Positions 49,670 through 59,809 are shown, numbered from the stretch's first letter. The stretch: DNA of 64,000 nt from an uncultured Actinomycetota bacterium (GCA_963743915.1 CAVURN010000001.1:384001-448000); one strand, 5' to 3'. Notes: generated by a model not told the origin, from the letters alone. Numbers and translations: made by a program.

Positions 49670-50586
49670 CCCTGCAGTCGCTGCTCGAGTCCGGAGAGCG
49701 TCCTGTCGTCACCGGTGAGCTGGCCTCGGTCGACGGCGGCGGTCTGTCGAGGGTGCAGGCGCTGGTCGACGAGATGGCGCCGTTCGTCGATGCCATCAAC
49801 GCCACTGACAACCCGGCCGCCCACGCACATGCCTCCAACGTGGCCATCGCGATCGCCATCGCGCAGTGCGGGGCCGAGCCCATCCTGCAGGTCGTGTGCC
49901 GCGACAAGAACCGGCTGGCGCAGCAGGCTGACATCGTCGGTGCGTCCATGTTCGGGGTGCGCAACATCTGCGCACTGACGGGCGACGACGTCACTGCGGG
50001 CGACGAGCCGGAGGCGCGACGCGTCTTCGACCTGGACGGGCCGCAGCTGGTCAAGGTCGCGAGCGGTCTGGGCAGAGGCACCTACATGTCCGGACGTGCG
50101 ATCGAGCCGGCCCCGGACCTCTTCGTCGGCGCGGTGGAGAACCCGTTCGCGCCGCCGTTGCCGTACCGCGTCGAACGAGCTCTGATCAAGAGCGAGGCCG
50201 GTGCCCGGTTCCTGCAGCTGCAGATCGGCTACCACGTCGAGCGGCTCGAGGCGTTCGTCGCCGGCTGCGTGGACGCGGGCGTCACCAGCACCACGGCACT
50301 GCTGCCCACCATCTGTCTGGTCAAGCGCGCGGGCGCGCTGCGCTTCATGGACCGCGAAGTTCCCGGGATCAGCATCCCGGCCGCCACCATCGACCGTGTC
50401 GACGGCGCCGCGGACCAGGCCGAGGAGGCGTACCAGCTCGCGCTCGAGCAGGCGCAGCACGCGCTCTCCCTGCCGGGTGTCTCCGGCATCCACCTCGCCG
50501 ACTTCCGTCACGACGGCAGCCTGGGCCGCCTGGTGACCGACCTGGGACTCGCCGACGAGCAGCGAGGACGACGGGACGCCTCGTGA
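49666..50586 (+). CDS. metF: Methylenetetrahydrofolate reductase-like protein
   Basis: NATDN, CRDKNR, ALTGD; GTGA coupling. Confidence 0.82.
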   Translation: MTLQSLLESGERPVVTGELASVDGGGLSRVQALVDEMAPFVDAINATDNPAAHAHASNVAIAIAIAQCGAEPILQVVCRDKNRLAQQADIVGASMFGVRNICALTGDDVTAGDEPEARRVFDLDGPQLVKVASGLGRGTYMSGRAIEPAPDLFVGAVENPFAPPLPYRVERALIKSEAGARFLQLQIGYHVERLEAFVAGCVDAGVTSTTALLPTICLVKRAGALRFMDREVPGISIPAATIDRVDGAADQAEEAYQLALEQAQHALSLPGVSGIHLADFRHDGSLGRLVTDLGLADEQRGRRDAS

Positions 50587-52430
50587 CCGACGAGCAGACC
50601 CCACCGGAGCGGGTGCGGATCCGTTTCACGCCCTCCGACAAAGAGGTCCGGGTGCCCGCGGGGGTCCCCGTGTTCGACGCCGCCAGCTGGAACGGCATCG
50701 CCATCGACTCGACCTGCGGCGGCCACGGCACGTGCAAGAAGTGCAAGGTGCAGATCCTCGAGGGGTCGGTTCCCGTCCAGAGCCTCGACCGCCGGGCCTT
50801 CTCCCAGGAACAGCTGGACGACGGCTGGCGCCTGGCCTGCGTGACCAGGGCGGGTGGCGACCTGCTGGTCGACGTCCCGCCGATGACCACCCGGCCGAAG
50901 GCAGCGACGTTCGGCGTCGGTCGCCAGGTGATCCTCCGGCCGGCCGTCCAGAAGAGGTACGTCGAGCTCAGCGAGCCCTCGCTCACCGATCAGCGCACCG
51001 ACTCACAGCGCGTGTTCGACGAGCTCGACGACCTCGAGCTCACCGTGGACCTCGACGTCTATCGCACCCTCGGGAAGACGCTCCGCGAGGCGGACTACCG
51101 GGTCACTGCTGTGGTGGTCGACGACCGCCTGGTCGCCGTCGAGCCCGGCGACACCACCGCGCGCTCGTTCGGCCTCGCCTTCGACCTGGGCACGACGACG
51201 GTGGTCGCGAACCTCATGGACATCACCACCGGCACCCCGGTCGCGGTGACGTCCATGCTCAACAAGCAGCAGCCGTACGGCGCCGACGTCATCGCCCGCA
51301 TCAGCGCGACCATGCTGGACGCCGATGCGTTGGGGCACCTCCAACAGCTCGCCCACGAGACGCTGGACACCCTCGCCAAGGAGGCGTGCGCCGAGGCAGG
51401 CGTCGACGCCCACGAGATCTACGAGGTGGCACTCGCCGGCAACGCCACGATGGTGCATCTGGCGCTGGGCATCGATCCCGAGCCGCTGGGCGTCGCACCC
51501 TTCATCCTCGCCGCACGACAGTTCGAGAACGTGATGGCGTCCGACCTCGGGGTCACCGCCCATCCCCGTGCACGGGCGACCGTCGTCCCATCCTTGGGAG
51601 CCTACGTCGGTGGCGACATCATCGCCGGTGCCCTCGCGTCCGGCATGGACCGCGACAAGCGCCTGCGGCTCTTCATCGACATCGGCACCAACTGCGAGAT
51701 CGTCGTGGCCGACGGCGAACGAATCATGGCGACCGCCGCTCCTGCCGGGCCGGCGTTCGAGGCGGCTTCCATCCGGTGCGGCATGCGCGCCGCCCCCGGC
51801 GCCATCGAAGTGGTGAAGGTGACCGAGGACTCGCTCCACGTCGAGGTCATCGGTGACGAGCCCGCCGTGGGCCTGTGCGGGTCTGGGCTCGTGGACGCCG
51901 TGGCAGAGCTGGTGCGGGTCGGGGTGATCGACTCGTCGGGGCGGTTCGCCGACCGCGACACGGTCATGGCGTCGCACCCGCACCTGGCCGAGCGCATGAC
52001 ACAGATCGACGAGGAGAAGGTCTTCGTGCTCGCCGAACCGGCCACGCCGGATGCCGACCCGGTGGTCCTCAGCCAACGTGATGTGCGCGAGCTCCAGTTC
52101 GCAAAGGCGGCGATCGCCACCGGCTGGCACCTGCTGCTCGAGGACTTCGGCATCGATGAGCGGGACGTGCAGCAGGTGCTGCTCGCCGGGTCCTTCGGCA
52201 CGTACCTGTCAGCGGCCAGCGCCGTGCGGATCGGCCTGGTGCCGAAGCTTCCTGTCCTGCGCATCGTCAGCGCCGGCAACGTGGCCGGTGAGGGCGCCAA
52301 GATGGTCCTGCTCTCCGCGGCCGAGCGGCACGGAGTCACCACCCTCCTGGGCGAGATCCAGTACGTCGAGCTGTCCGACCGCACGGACTTCCAGGACCGC
52401 TTCGTGGATCAGCTGGCCTTTCCCTCATGA
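50583..52430 (+). CDS. ASKHA-domain corrinoid reductive activase (RACo/DUF4445) with N-terminal 2Fe-2S domain
   Basis: CGGHGTCKKC..RLAC; DLGTTT, YGADVIARI, DIGTNCE, AGPAFE, CGSG, LAGSFG, GNVAG. Confidence 0.92.
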   Translation: MTDEQTPPERVRIRFTPSDKEVRVPAGVPVFDAASWNGIAIDSTCGGHGTCKKCKVQILEGSVPVQSLDRRAFSQEQLDDGWRLACVTRAGGDLLVDVPPMTTRPKAATFGVGRQVILRPAVQKRYVELSEPSLTDQRTDSQRVFDELDDLELTVDLDVYRTLGKTLREADYRVTAVVVDDRLVAVEPGDTTARSFGLAFDLGTTTVVANLMDITTGTPVAVTSMLNKQQPYGADVIARISATMLDADALGHLQQLAHETLDTLAKEACAEAGVDAHEIYEVALAGNATMVHLALGIDPEPLGVAPFILAARQFENVMASDLGVTAHPRARATVVPSLGAYVGGDIIAGALASGMDRDKRLRLFIDIGTNCEIVVADGERIMATAAPAGPAFEAASIRCGMRAAPGAIEVVKVTEDSLHVEVIGDEPAVGLCGSGLVDAVAELVRVGVIDSSGRFADRDTVMASHPHLAERMTQIDEEKVFVLAEPATPDADPVVLSQRDVRELQFAKAAIATGWHLLLEDFGIDERDVQQVLLAGSFGTYLSAASAVRIGLVPKLPVLRIVSAGNVAGEGAKMVLLSAAERHGVTTLLGEIQYVELSDRTDFQDRFVDQLAFPS

Positions 52431-53029
52431 GGACGGCGGCAGCGACCGTCGGTGTCGTGGCGTGCGGGGCGCTCGCCGTCGACATCTCCGAGATCGCCGC
52501 CCGACGTGAGTGGCCGGTCGACGTCCACCCGCTGCCGCCATTGCTGCACAACCATCCGGCGCGAATCCCCCCGGCCGTGGCGGCCAAGCTCGACGAAGTG
52601 CGTCAGCGGTACGAGCGGGTGGTCGTTGCCTACGCGGACTGTGGCACCTACGGAGGGCTCGACGAGGTGTGCCACGAGTACGGGATCGAGCGCCTCGCGG
52701 GTGACGACTGCTACGGCGTCTACGCCGGGACCGACCGCTACCGCGCACTGCTCGACGCTGAGCCGGGAACCTACGTCCTCACCGACTTCCTCGCCGCTTC
52801 GTTCGAGCGGACCGTGCTGGCCGAGCTGGGCCTCGATCAGCGCCCCGAGCTGCGCGACGACTACTTCCGTCACTACCGCCGGGTGGTGTGGCTGACGCAG
52901 CGCCGGACACCGCTGCTGCAGCAGGCGGCCGAACGCGCGGCGTCCGCGATCGGCCTGCCGCTCGAGGTGGTGGACGTCGGTCTGCTCGGTCTCGAGCGCT
53001 CTCTCGCCGCGCTCCTCGACGACGGATAG
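52427..53029 (+). CDS. DUF1638 domain protein
   Basis: VACGAL, LHNHP, YADCGT, DCY, YVLTDFL, YFRHY. Confidence 0.88.
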   Translation: MRTAAATVGVVACGALAVDISEIAARREWPVDVHPLPPLLHNHPARIPPAVAAKLDEVRQRYERVVVAYADCGTYGGLDEVCHEYGIERLAGDDCYGVYAGTDRYRALLDAEPGTYVLTDFLAASFERTVLAELGLDQRPELRDDYFRHYRRVVWLTQRRTPLLQQAAERAASAIGLPLEVVDVGLLGLERSLAALLDDG

Positions 53030-53048
53030 GTCGACGGGAGCACCTGGG

Positions 53049-53927
53049 TCAGGGGAGCAGCGAGGCAATGGCGTCGGCCGTGGCCTCGGGGTCGTCGACG
53101 GCGGGCGAGTGGCCGGCCTCGGGCAGCATCACGAGGCGAGCTCCGATTCGCTCGGCCATCGCCTGCTGCTCCGGGATCGGCCAGGCGTCGTCCTCGCCTC
53201 CCACCACTACCACCGACGGCGGGGCGACCGACGCCAGTGCGTCCACCCGGTCCTCGCCGTCGGTGAGCACCTCGATCATCGCGAGCAGGGACGCGGGGGC
53301 GTGAGCCAGGAACCGGGCGGTGAGGAAGGCGTCGATCTCGGCGGGTGCCTGCGGCGCACTCGCCGCCTCCTCAAGGGCGCGTTTGGCCCGCCAGACGGCG
53401 GCGAGCCCCTGCGTGCGAAGCACCTGGGCGAACATCCGCAGCACCCGCTGCTGGTCGTCGGGCAGGGCGGCCGGGCCCGAGGCGACGAGCACCAGGCCCT
53501 GGGCGGAGAGCGGGTCGGAGAGCACGGCGTCGCGGACGACCAGTCCGCCGAAGGAGTGGCCCACCAGGACCCGTGGCCCCGCCAGCTGGTGCGCCACCGA
53601 CCAGACGTCCGCGGCGAATCCCCCCAGCGAGTACGCCGTGTCGTCCGGCCTGGTCGACTCGTACTGCCCCGCGAGGTCGAGCGCGACGGCGTGCACGCCG
53701 CGGGCGGCCAGGGGTGCGAGCACCGCGATGAAGTCCTCCTTGCTGCCGGTGAAACCCGGGACGAGCAGCGCGCTGCCACGCGACCCCTCGACGGCAGACC
53801 CGTTGTCGAGCACGGCGAACGTGCCGCGGTCGGTGGTCAGTGCGCGCGCCGTCACCCCGGTCGGCGGACGGAGGAAGGGTGGGATGCTCACGCCGGGCAG
53901 AATAGGCTGCGTCCGGACCGACTCCAC
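53049..53927 (-). CDS. Alpha/beta hydrolase
   Basis: PGFTGSKEDF, GHSFGG, GHSP. Confidence 0.88.
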   Translation of the reverse strand: MESVRTQPILPGVSIPPFLRPPTGVTARALTTDRGTFAVLDNGSAVEGSRGSALLVPGFTGSKEDFIAVLAPLAARGVHAVALDLAGQYESTRPDDTAYSLGGFAADVWSVAHQLAGPRVLVGHSFGGLVVRDAVLSDPLSAQGLVLVASGPAALPDDQQRVLRMFAQVLRTQGLAAVWRAKRALEEAASAPQAPAEIDAFLTARFLAHAPASLLAMIEVLTDGEDRVDALASVAPPSVVVVGGEDDAWPIPEQQAMAERIGARLVMLPEAGHSPAVDDPEATADAIASLLP

Positions 53928-53951
53928 CTCACCCCGTCAGAAGGAGGCCCC

Positions 53952-54719
53952 GTGACCCGCACGATCGCGGTGGCCAACCAGAAGGGTGGCGTCGCCAAGA
54001 CGACGACGGTCGCGTCGGTGGGGATGGCGCTCGGGGAGCTGGGGCATCGGGTGCTCATGGTCGACCTCGACCCGCAGGCCTGCCTGACCTTCTCCCTGGG
54101 CGTCGACCCGGAGGGCCTCGAGCTCTCGCTGCACGACGTCTTCCGGGAGCGGGTGAGCGCTGCCCTGGCCCTCAGGAGCGTCGGCGAAGGCGTCGACCTT
54201 CTGCCGAGCACCATCGACCTCACCGGCAGTGAGGTCGCGCTGCACGACCAGCCCGGACGCGAGTACGTCCTGCGCAAGGCGTTGACCGGCTTCACCGGCG
54301 ACTACGACTTCGTGCTGATCGACTGCTCACCGTCGCTCGGCGTGCTCACCGTCAATGCGCTCACCGCTGCGGACGAGGTGTTGATCCCGCTGCAGTGCGA
54401 GACGTTGTCGCACCGGGGGGTCGGCCAGCTGCTCGACACGATCGACGACGTGCGGCGGCTGACCAACCCCGACCTGGTGGTGCTCGGCGTCCTCCCCACC
54501 TTGTACGACGGACGCACCACGCACGCACGCGACGTGCTCGCCGACGTCTCGGCCCGGTTCGGCGTCACCGTGCTGGAGCCCCCGATCAGCAGGTCCATCC
54601 GGTTCGCCGAGGCTCCGGCATCCGGCCAGTCGATCCTGAGGACGGCGTCGACCAGTCCGGGGGCGCAGGCCTATCGCACGTTCGCGCGGCGGCTGGCCGG
54701 GCACGAGGTCGCCGCGTGA
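53952..54719 (+). CDS. ParA/Soj family ATPase (no adjacent parB)
   Basis: NQKGGVAKTT, DLDPQ, DCSPSLG, FAEAP; AAGGAGG RBS. Confidence 0.92.
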   Translation: MTRTIAVANQKGGVAKTTTVASVGMALGELGHRVLMVDLDPQACLTFSLGVDPEGLELSLHDVFRERVSAALALRSVGEGVDLLPSTIDLTGSEVALHDQPGREYVLRKALTGFTGDYDFVLIDCSPSLGVLTVNALTAADEVLIPLQCETLSHRGVGQLLDTIDDVRRLTNPDLVVLGVLPTLYDGRTTHARDVLADVSARFGVTVLEPPISRSIRFAEAPASGQSILRTASTSPGAQAYRTFARRLAGHEVAA

Positions 54720-55051
54720 GCCGCCGCTCGCGGAGCACCGACTTCAGCCGGATCCGACCGGCGCGGTCGGCGTCCACCGAGCCCGAGCCGGCCGCTCCAC
54801 CGGACCACGAGGGGCGCCGGGCGTTGTTCAGCGGTGGCGACGATCGTCCGGACGACAACGGGGCCACAGGCTCGGTGGTCGTCAGCTGTGGGAGCTGCGG
54901 GGCCGACACCGTGCTGTCGCCCACGGCTGCCCTGCGTCTGGCGGTTCCGTCGCTGCACCTGCCCTACCTCAAGCGCGGCCACGGGTCATGGATGCGGTGT
55001 CCCGCGTGCCGCACGCACGCCTGGGTGAGTGTGCAGATCCGTCTTCCCTGA
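54716..55051 (+). CDS. Zn-ribbon hypothetical protein coupled to ParA
   Basis: CGSC...CPAC; GTGA overlap with parA. Confidence 0.7.
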   Translation: MSRRSRSTDFSRIRPARSASTEPEPAAPPDHEGRRALFSGGDDRPDDNGATGSVVVSCGSCGADTVLSPTAALRLAVPSLHLPYLKRGHGSWMRCPACRTHAWVSVQIRLP

Positions 55052-55088
55052 CCTCGCGCGGCGACCGGCGACGTGACCGGGCACGGCG

Positions 55089-56456
55089 CTACCAGTCGAA
55101 GCCCGGCGGGGTGGGGCTGCAGGCCTCGCGGGCGGCCCGCCGGTGCTCGGCGACCTGGTCGGCGTAGCGGTGGTCCTTGGCGACGTTGACGAGCTCGTCG
55201 GGGTCCTTTGCGTAGTCGTAGAGCTCCGCAGTCTCGCGGCCGTCGTACTCGACGTACAGGTATCGAGGCGTGCGCCAGCCGCAGTAGGCCGGGTGCCGGC
55301 CGCCGAGCGTCGCGTTGGTGATCTGCTCGATCACCACACCTGTCCGGTCCGTGGTGAGGGGGTCGCGGCCCTCCATGCGCCAGCGCAGCCCGGCAGCCTT
55401 GGCGAGCATCGCCGTCAGGTCGATCTGCGGGGTCACTCGCCGAGTGCGGGTGCCGGGGGCGATCACTCCGTCCCACCGGACGTACATGGGGACCTCGCTG
55501 GACCGGGTGTACGGCACGTCCTTGCCGATGATGCGGTGGGCCCCCAGCATGAACCCGTTGTCCGACAGGAACACCACGATCGTGTTCGACAGGTCGGACG
55601 CATCGAGCAGGCGCCCCACCCAGTCGTCGATGCTCATCAGCGTCTCGTGCTGCCGGGTGAGGATGGTCCGCATCGCCATCGGGTCGGTGTACGGCTTCTC
55701 GCGGACCCACGCGGGTTTGTCCGAGACATTCTTCTCGTTGAGGGCGCCGATCGCGGAGGCCGGCTCCAGGGGCCACGTGCCCTCGTCGCGGGGTGCGGGG
55801 AGGAAGGGTGCGTGCGGGCCGTTCGGGGCGAACATGACGAACCAGGGGGAGCCGGGGCGGGTGTCGTTGATGTGGTCCACGGCGAGCTGTCCGAGCACGT
55901 TGGTCGAGTAGTCCTCGGGCCTGCTGCCGTAGAGCTTCGGGTCGCCGGTGAGCCGGTAGTCGTAGTAGAGGCCCACCTTCTCTCCCTCGCCGGCAAAGAC
56001 GCGGAACGTGTCCCAGCCGGGTGGGACGTATCCCGGCTCGGCGTTCTGCTGGAACCCGTTGAGGTACTTGCCGTACAGCCCGGTGTCGTACCCCACGGCG
56101 TCGAGGCGGGACGCGAGCGTGTCGGCCTCCGCCCCGGCGTGGAAGGCCGGCCATGCGCCCAGACCGTCAGCCTTGTTGGTCCACACCCCGGTCGTGTGGG
56201 AGTGGTCGCCGGTGAGCAACGAGGCACGGGACGGGCAGCACAGCGACGTCGGGATGATCCCGTTGCGAAAGGTGAGGCCACGACCCGCCAGCCGTTGCTG
56301 CACGTTGGGCATCGCGTCGAGCGTTCCCTTGGGCTGGTCGTCCGTGACGATCACCAAGATGTTCGGCAGTGGCCGGGCGGTGGCGGGGGCTGCGGGGACC
56401 AGGACCGCCGCCACGAGGGCGGCGACCGCCAGCGCCAGAAGGGTGCGGGTCGACAC
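55089..56456 (-). CDS. Secreted sulfatase (N-acetylglucosamine-6-sulfatase-like)
   Basis: Signal peptide, PNILVIVTDD, CCPSR formylglycine motif, GKYLN, SDNG. Confidence 0.9.
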   Translation of the reverse strand: MSTRTLLALAVAALVAAVLVPAAPATARPLPNILVIVTDDQPKGTLDAMPNVQQRLAGRGLTFRNGIIPTSLCCPSRASLLTGDHSHTTGVWTNKADGLGAWPAFHAGAEADTLASRLDAVGYDTGLYGKYLNGFQQNAEPGYVPPGWDTFRVFAGEGEKVGLYYDYRLTGDPKLYGSRPEDYSTNVLGQLAVDHINDTRPGSPWFVMFAPNGPHAPFLPAPRDEGTWPLEPASAIGALNEKNVSDKPAWVREKPYTDPMAMRTILTRQHETLMSIDDWVGRLLDASDLSNTIVVFLSDNGFMLGAHRIIGKDVPYTRSSEVPMYVRWDGVIAPGTRTRRVTPQIDLTAMLAKAAGLRWRMEGRDPLTTDRTGVVIEQITNATLGGRHPAYCGWRTPRYLYVEYDGRETAELYDYAKDPDELVNVAKDHRYADQVAEHRRAAREACSPTPPGFDW

Positions 56457-56462
56457 GTGCGG

Positions 56463-58049
56463 TCAGGAACCGCTGGAAGAGCTGGCCGCCTCACCGGACG
56501 AGCTCCCGCCACGGCGCCGGCGGCGCCGACGCCGTGGCGCGGCTGCCTCCCCGGATGCCGCGCCACCCGCCGCAGCGCCGTCGGTGGTGGCAGCCGGAGC
56601 CTTCTCCTTGACGCTGCCGTCGGGCGTCGCGCCACCCCTCGTGCGCTGGCGGTTGCGAGGTCGCTTGCCGGCGGGACGCTCCGCGCTGCGGTCACCGCGC
56701 GGTCGTGACCGCTCGCCTCCGCTGCGGCGCGCCTTCCCCGTCTCGCCGAGGTCCTCGAGCACCTCCGCCTCGAGACCGGCGAGGGTGCGCTGGCTCTTGG
56801 GGAGGGTGCCCTTGGTGCCCTCGGGGATGCCGAGGTCGGCGTAGAGGTGGGGCGAGGTGGAGTACGTCTCGACCGGGTCGTCGAACGGCAGCCCCAGCTG
56901 CTTGTTGATCAGGATCCAGCGGGGAAGGTCCTGCCAGTCGACCAACGTCAGCGCGACGCCCGTGGCGCCGGCGCGCGCGGTCCGCCCGATCCGGTGGACG
57001 TAGGTCTTCTCGTCGTCGGGGCAGCTGAAGTTGATGACGTGCGTGATGCCGTCGATGTCGATGCCGCGGGCAGCGACGTCGGTGGCGACGAGCACGTCCA
57101 CCTTTCCGTTGCGGAACGCGCGCATGGCCTGCTCGCGTGCGCCTTGGCCGAGGTCGCCGTGGACGGAACCGACGGCGAAGCCGCGGCTGTTCAGGTCGTC
57201 GCTGATCTTCTGGGCCTGCCGTTTGGTGGGGCAGAAGATGATGGTGTGACCACGGCCCTCCGATTGCAGGACGCGGGCGACGATCTCGACCTTGTCCACG
57301 GGATGTGTGCGGTAGGCGAACTGGGTCACGCGCTTGACCAGCTGGCTGTTGTCCTCGTCGGGGTCGATGGCACGGATGTGCGTGGGCTGGCTCATGTAGC
57401 GGCGAGCGAGCGCGATCACGTCGCCCGGCATGGTCGCCGAGAACAGCATGGTCTGACGGTCGGCGGGGGTCAGCGCCACGATCCGCTCGACGTCGGGAAG
57501 GAAGCCCATGTCGAGCATCTCGTCCGCCTCGTCCAGGACCAGCGTCGTGACGGCGCCGAGGTGGAGGTGACGCTTCTCGACCAGGTCGAGGAGGCGTCCG
57601 GGCGTGCCGACGACGACGTCGACGCCGGCCTCGAGGGCCTCGACCTGCGGCTCGTACGACCGTCCCCCGTAGACGGTCAGGACGCGGGCTCCGCGCGTCT
57701 TGCTGGCGTGCCGGATCTCGTTCGCCACCTGGATGGCGAGCTCGCGCGTGGGAACGACGACCAGCGCCTGCGGCGTCGCGGGCGGCTCGTGGTCGGGGTG
57801 GACGGGGTCGTTCGGCGCGGAGAGGCGCTCGAGCAGCGGCAGCGCGAAGCCGAGCGTCTTGCCGGTGCCGGTCTTGGCCTGGCCGATGACGTCGTGGCCG
57901 TCGAGGGCCACGGGAAGGGTCAGCTCTTGGATGGGAAATGCCTCGGTGATGCCCAGGTGGGCCAGGTCGGCCACGGTTTCAGCCCGGATGCCGAGGTCGG
58001 CAAAAGTAGTCAGGGGGTCCGCCTTGTGCGTGTTGATGACGGACTTCAC
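56463..58049 (-). CDS. DEAD-box RNA helicase
   Basis: AKTGTGKT, PTRELA, GTPGR, DEAD, SAT, ARGID, HRIGRTAR; Arg-rich tail. Confidence 0.95.
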   Translation of the reverse strand: MKSVINTHKADPLTTFADLGIRAETVADLAHLGITEAFPIQELTLPVALDGHDVIGQAKTGTGKTLGFALPLLERLSAPNDPVHPDHEPPATPQALVVVPTRELAIQVANEIRHASKTRGARVLTVYGGRSYEPQVEALEAGVDVVVGTPGRLLDLVEKRHLHLGAVTTLVLDEADEMLDMGFLPDVERIVALTPADRQTMLFSATMPGDVIALARRYMSQPTHIRAIDPDEDNSQLVKRVTQFAYRTHPVDKVEIVARVLQSEGRGHTIIFCPTKRQAQKISDDLNSRGFAVGSVHGDLGQGAREQAMRAFRNGKVDVLVATDVAARGIDIDGITHVINFSCPDDEKTYVHRIGRTARAGATGVALTLVDWQDLPRWILINKQLGLPFDDPVETYSTSPHLYADLGIPEGTKGTLPKSQRTLAGLEAEVLEDLGETGKARRSGGERSRPRGDRSAERPAGKRPRNRQRTRGGATPDGSVKEKAPAATTDGAAAGGAASGEAAAPRRRRRRRRGGSSSGEAASSSSGS

Positions 58050-58081
58050 CCTACCGCGCAGGCCCCGGTTACCCTTCGGCC

Positions 58082-58747
58082 ATGCCCGATCCCGCGTACC
58101 GCACCGCTGTCGTCGAGCTGCTCGGTGTCCTCGCGTACGGCGAGCTGTCCGCGTTCGAACGGCTCTGCGCGGACGCGGCCCTCGCCCCCACGCTCGACGA
58201 CAAGGCCGAGATCGCGGCCATGGCCTGCGCCGAGTTCGGACACTTCCAGCTGCTCAGGGAGCGGTTGACCGCCCTCGGGGTCGAGGCCGAGCAGGCCATG
58301 CGTCCCTTCGTGGCGCCGCTGGACGCCTTCCACGCGTCGACCGCGCCCGCCGACTGGCTCGAGGGGCTGGTGAAGGCGTACGTCGGCGACGGCATCGCCG
58401 CCGACTTCTACCGGGAGATCTCGGTGCTGCTCGACGACGAGACGCGGACCCTCGTGCTCGCCGTCTTCGCCGACACCGGGCACTCGCAGTTCGTCGTCAC
58501 CAAGGTCCGCGCCGCCATCGAGGCCGACCCGAGAGTGGCCGGACGCCTGGCCCTGTGGGGGCGGCGCCTGATGGGTGAGGCGCTCAGCCAGGCCCAGCGG
58601 GTGGCGGCCGAACGGGACTCCCTGGCGGCCTTGCTCGCCGGCGGCGCCGGCGACGGAGGAATGGACCTGGTGGCCCTTGGTCGCATGTTCACCCGGATCA
58701 CCGAGGAGCACACCAAGCGGATGGCAGCGCTCGGCCTGTCGGCCTGA
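58082..58747 (+). CDS. Ferritin-like (MiaE-like) protein
   Basis: LAYGELSAFERL, WLEGLVKAYVGDG, LWGRRLMGEAL. Confidence 0.88.
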   Translation: MPDPAYRTAVVELLGVLAYGELSAFERLCADAALAPTLDDKAEIAAMACAEFGHFQLLRERLTALGVEAEQAMRPFVAPLDAFHASTAPADWLEGLVKAYVGDGIAADFYREISVLLDDETRTLVLAVFADTGHSQFVVTKVRAAIEADPRVAGRLALWGRRLMGEALSQAQRVAAERDSLAALLAGGAGDGGMDLVALGRMFTRITEEHTKRMAALGLSA

Positions 58748-58783
58748 GTGCGCTGGGCCGGTCCGGCCCGAGAGTGGAGGGCG

Positions 58784-59011
58784 CTACATCGCGCCGAAGC
58801 CGACGCGGCGGGCCTCCTGCTCACCGATCTCCACGTAGGCGAGCTTCTCTGCGGGCACCAGCACCCGGCGGCCCTTGCTGTCGGCGAGGTCGAACAGGGC
58901 TCCGGTCTCGGAGGCGCAGTCGCGGACCAGGCCGGCGACCTCCTCGGGGGTGAGGTCGGTCTCGACCACCAGCTCCCGGGCGACACCCTTGACCCCGACC
59001 TTGACCTCCAT
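58784..59011 (-). CDS. DUF3107 family protein
   Basis: MEVKVGV..REL..DSKGRR..AYVEIG..RRVGF. Confidence 0.9.
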   Translation of the reverse strand: MEVKVGVKGVARELVVETDLTPEEVAGLVRDCASETGALFDLADSKGRRVLVPAEKLAYVEIGEQEARRVGFGAM

Positions 59012-59063
59012 GCCCAACCTCCACCACTCGGCTGCGGGCGCCGGTGCGCCAGCCTCGGCCAGG

Positions 59064-59681
59064 CTAACCGACGGGGTCCGGGTCGACGCGTGGGAACCCG
59101 GAGATGCCGCGCCAGGCGAGCGCACTGACCAGCTCCTCTGCCGCAGTCCGGTCCAGCGAGCCGTTCTGCATCCACCAGCGGGCCGAGACCTGCGCGGCAC
59201 CGGTGAGCCCGGCAGCCAGCAGCAGCGCCGCTCCCTCGTCGAGCTGGGTGTCGGCGGCGATGGCGGAGGCCACGACGTCGGTGCACGCGTGGGTGACGGC
59301 GTCGAGTCGCTGGCGCACGGCCGGCTCACCGGTCAGGTCGGACTCGAAGACGAGCCGGAAGGTGCCTTGGGGGTCGGTCATGACCCCGAAGTAGGCGCTG
59401 ATGGTGGCCTGCACCCGCTGATGGTTGTCCGTGGTGGACGCCAGCGCGTCCCGCACGACGGCCTCGAGCGCACCCGTGCCGAGATCCAGCAGCGCGAGGT
59501 AGAGGTCGAGCTTGCCGGGGAAGTGCTGGTAGAGGACCGGCTTGCTGATCCCTGCCTCGGCGGCGATGTCGTCCATGGCCGCTGCGTGGTACCCGGCCCG
59601 GACGAAGACCCGCTGGGCGGCGTCCAGCAGCTGCTTGCGGCGCTGCACCCGGGTGAGCCGCGGAGCCTGCGGGACTGCCAT
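59064..59681 (-). CDS. TetR family transcriptional regulator
   Basis: GYHAAAMDDIA..GISKPVLYQHFPGKLDLY; WRGI. Confidence 0.92.
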   Translation of the reverse strand: MAVPQAPRLTRVQRRKQLLDAAQRVFVRAGYHAAAMDDIAAEAGISKPVLYQHFPGKLDLYLALLDLGTGALEAVVRDALASTTDNHQRVQATISAYFGVMTDPQGTFRLVFESDLTGEPAVRQRLDAVTHACTDVVASAIAADTQLDEGAALLLAAGLTGAAQVSARWWMQNGSLDRTAAEELVSALAWRGISGFPRVDPDPVG

Positions 59682-59809
59682 GGCCCCGGAGCCTACTCTT
59701 CGGTAAGGGTGACAGACCCGGGATTGAGCCACCGTGGACCGGTGCCGATGACAAGATGGGGATCGACCGACGACCCCCGCACCGTGCACGACCAGGGGAG
59801 GGTGAGGGC

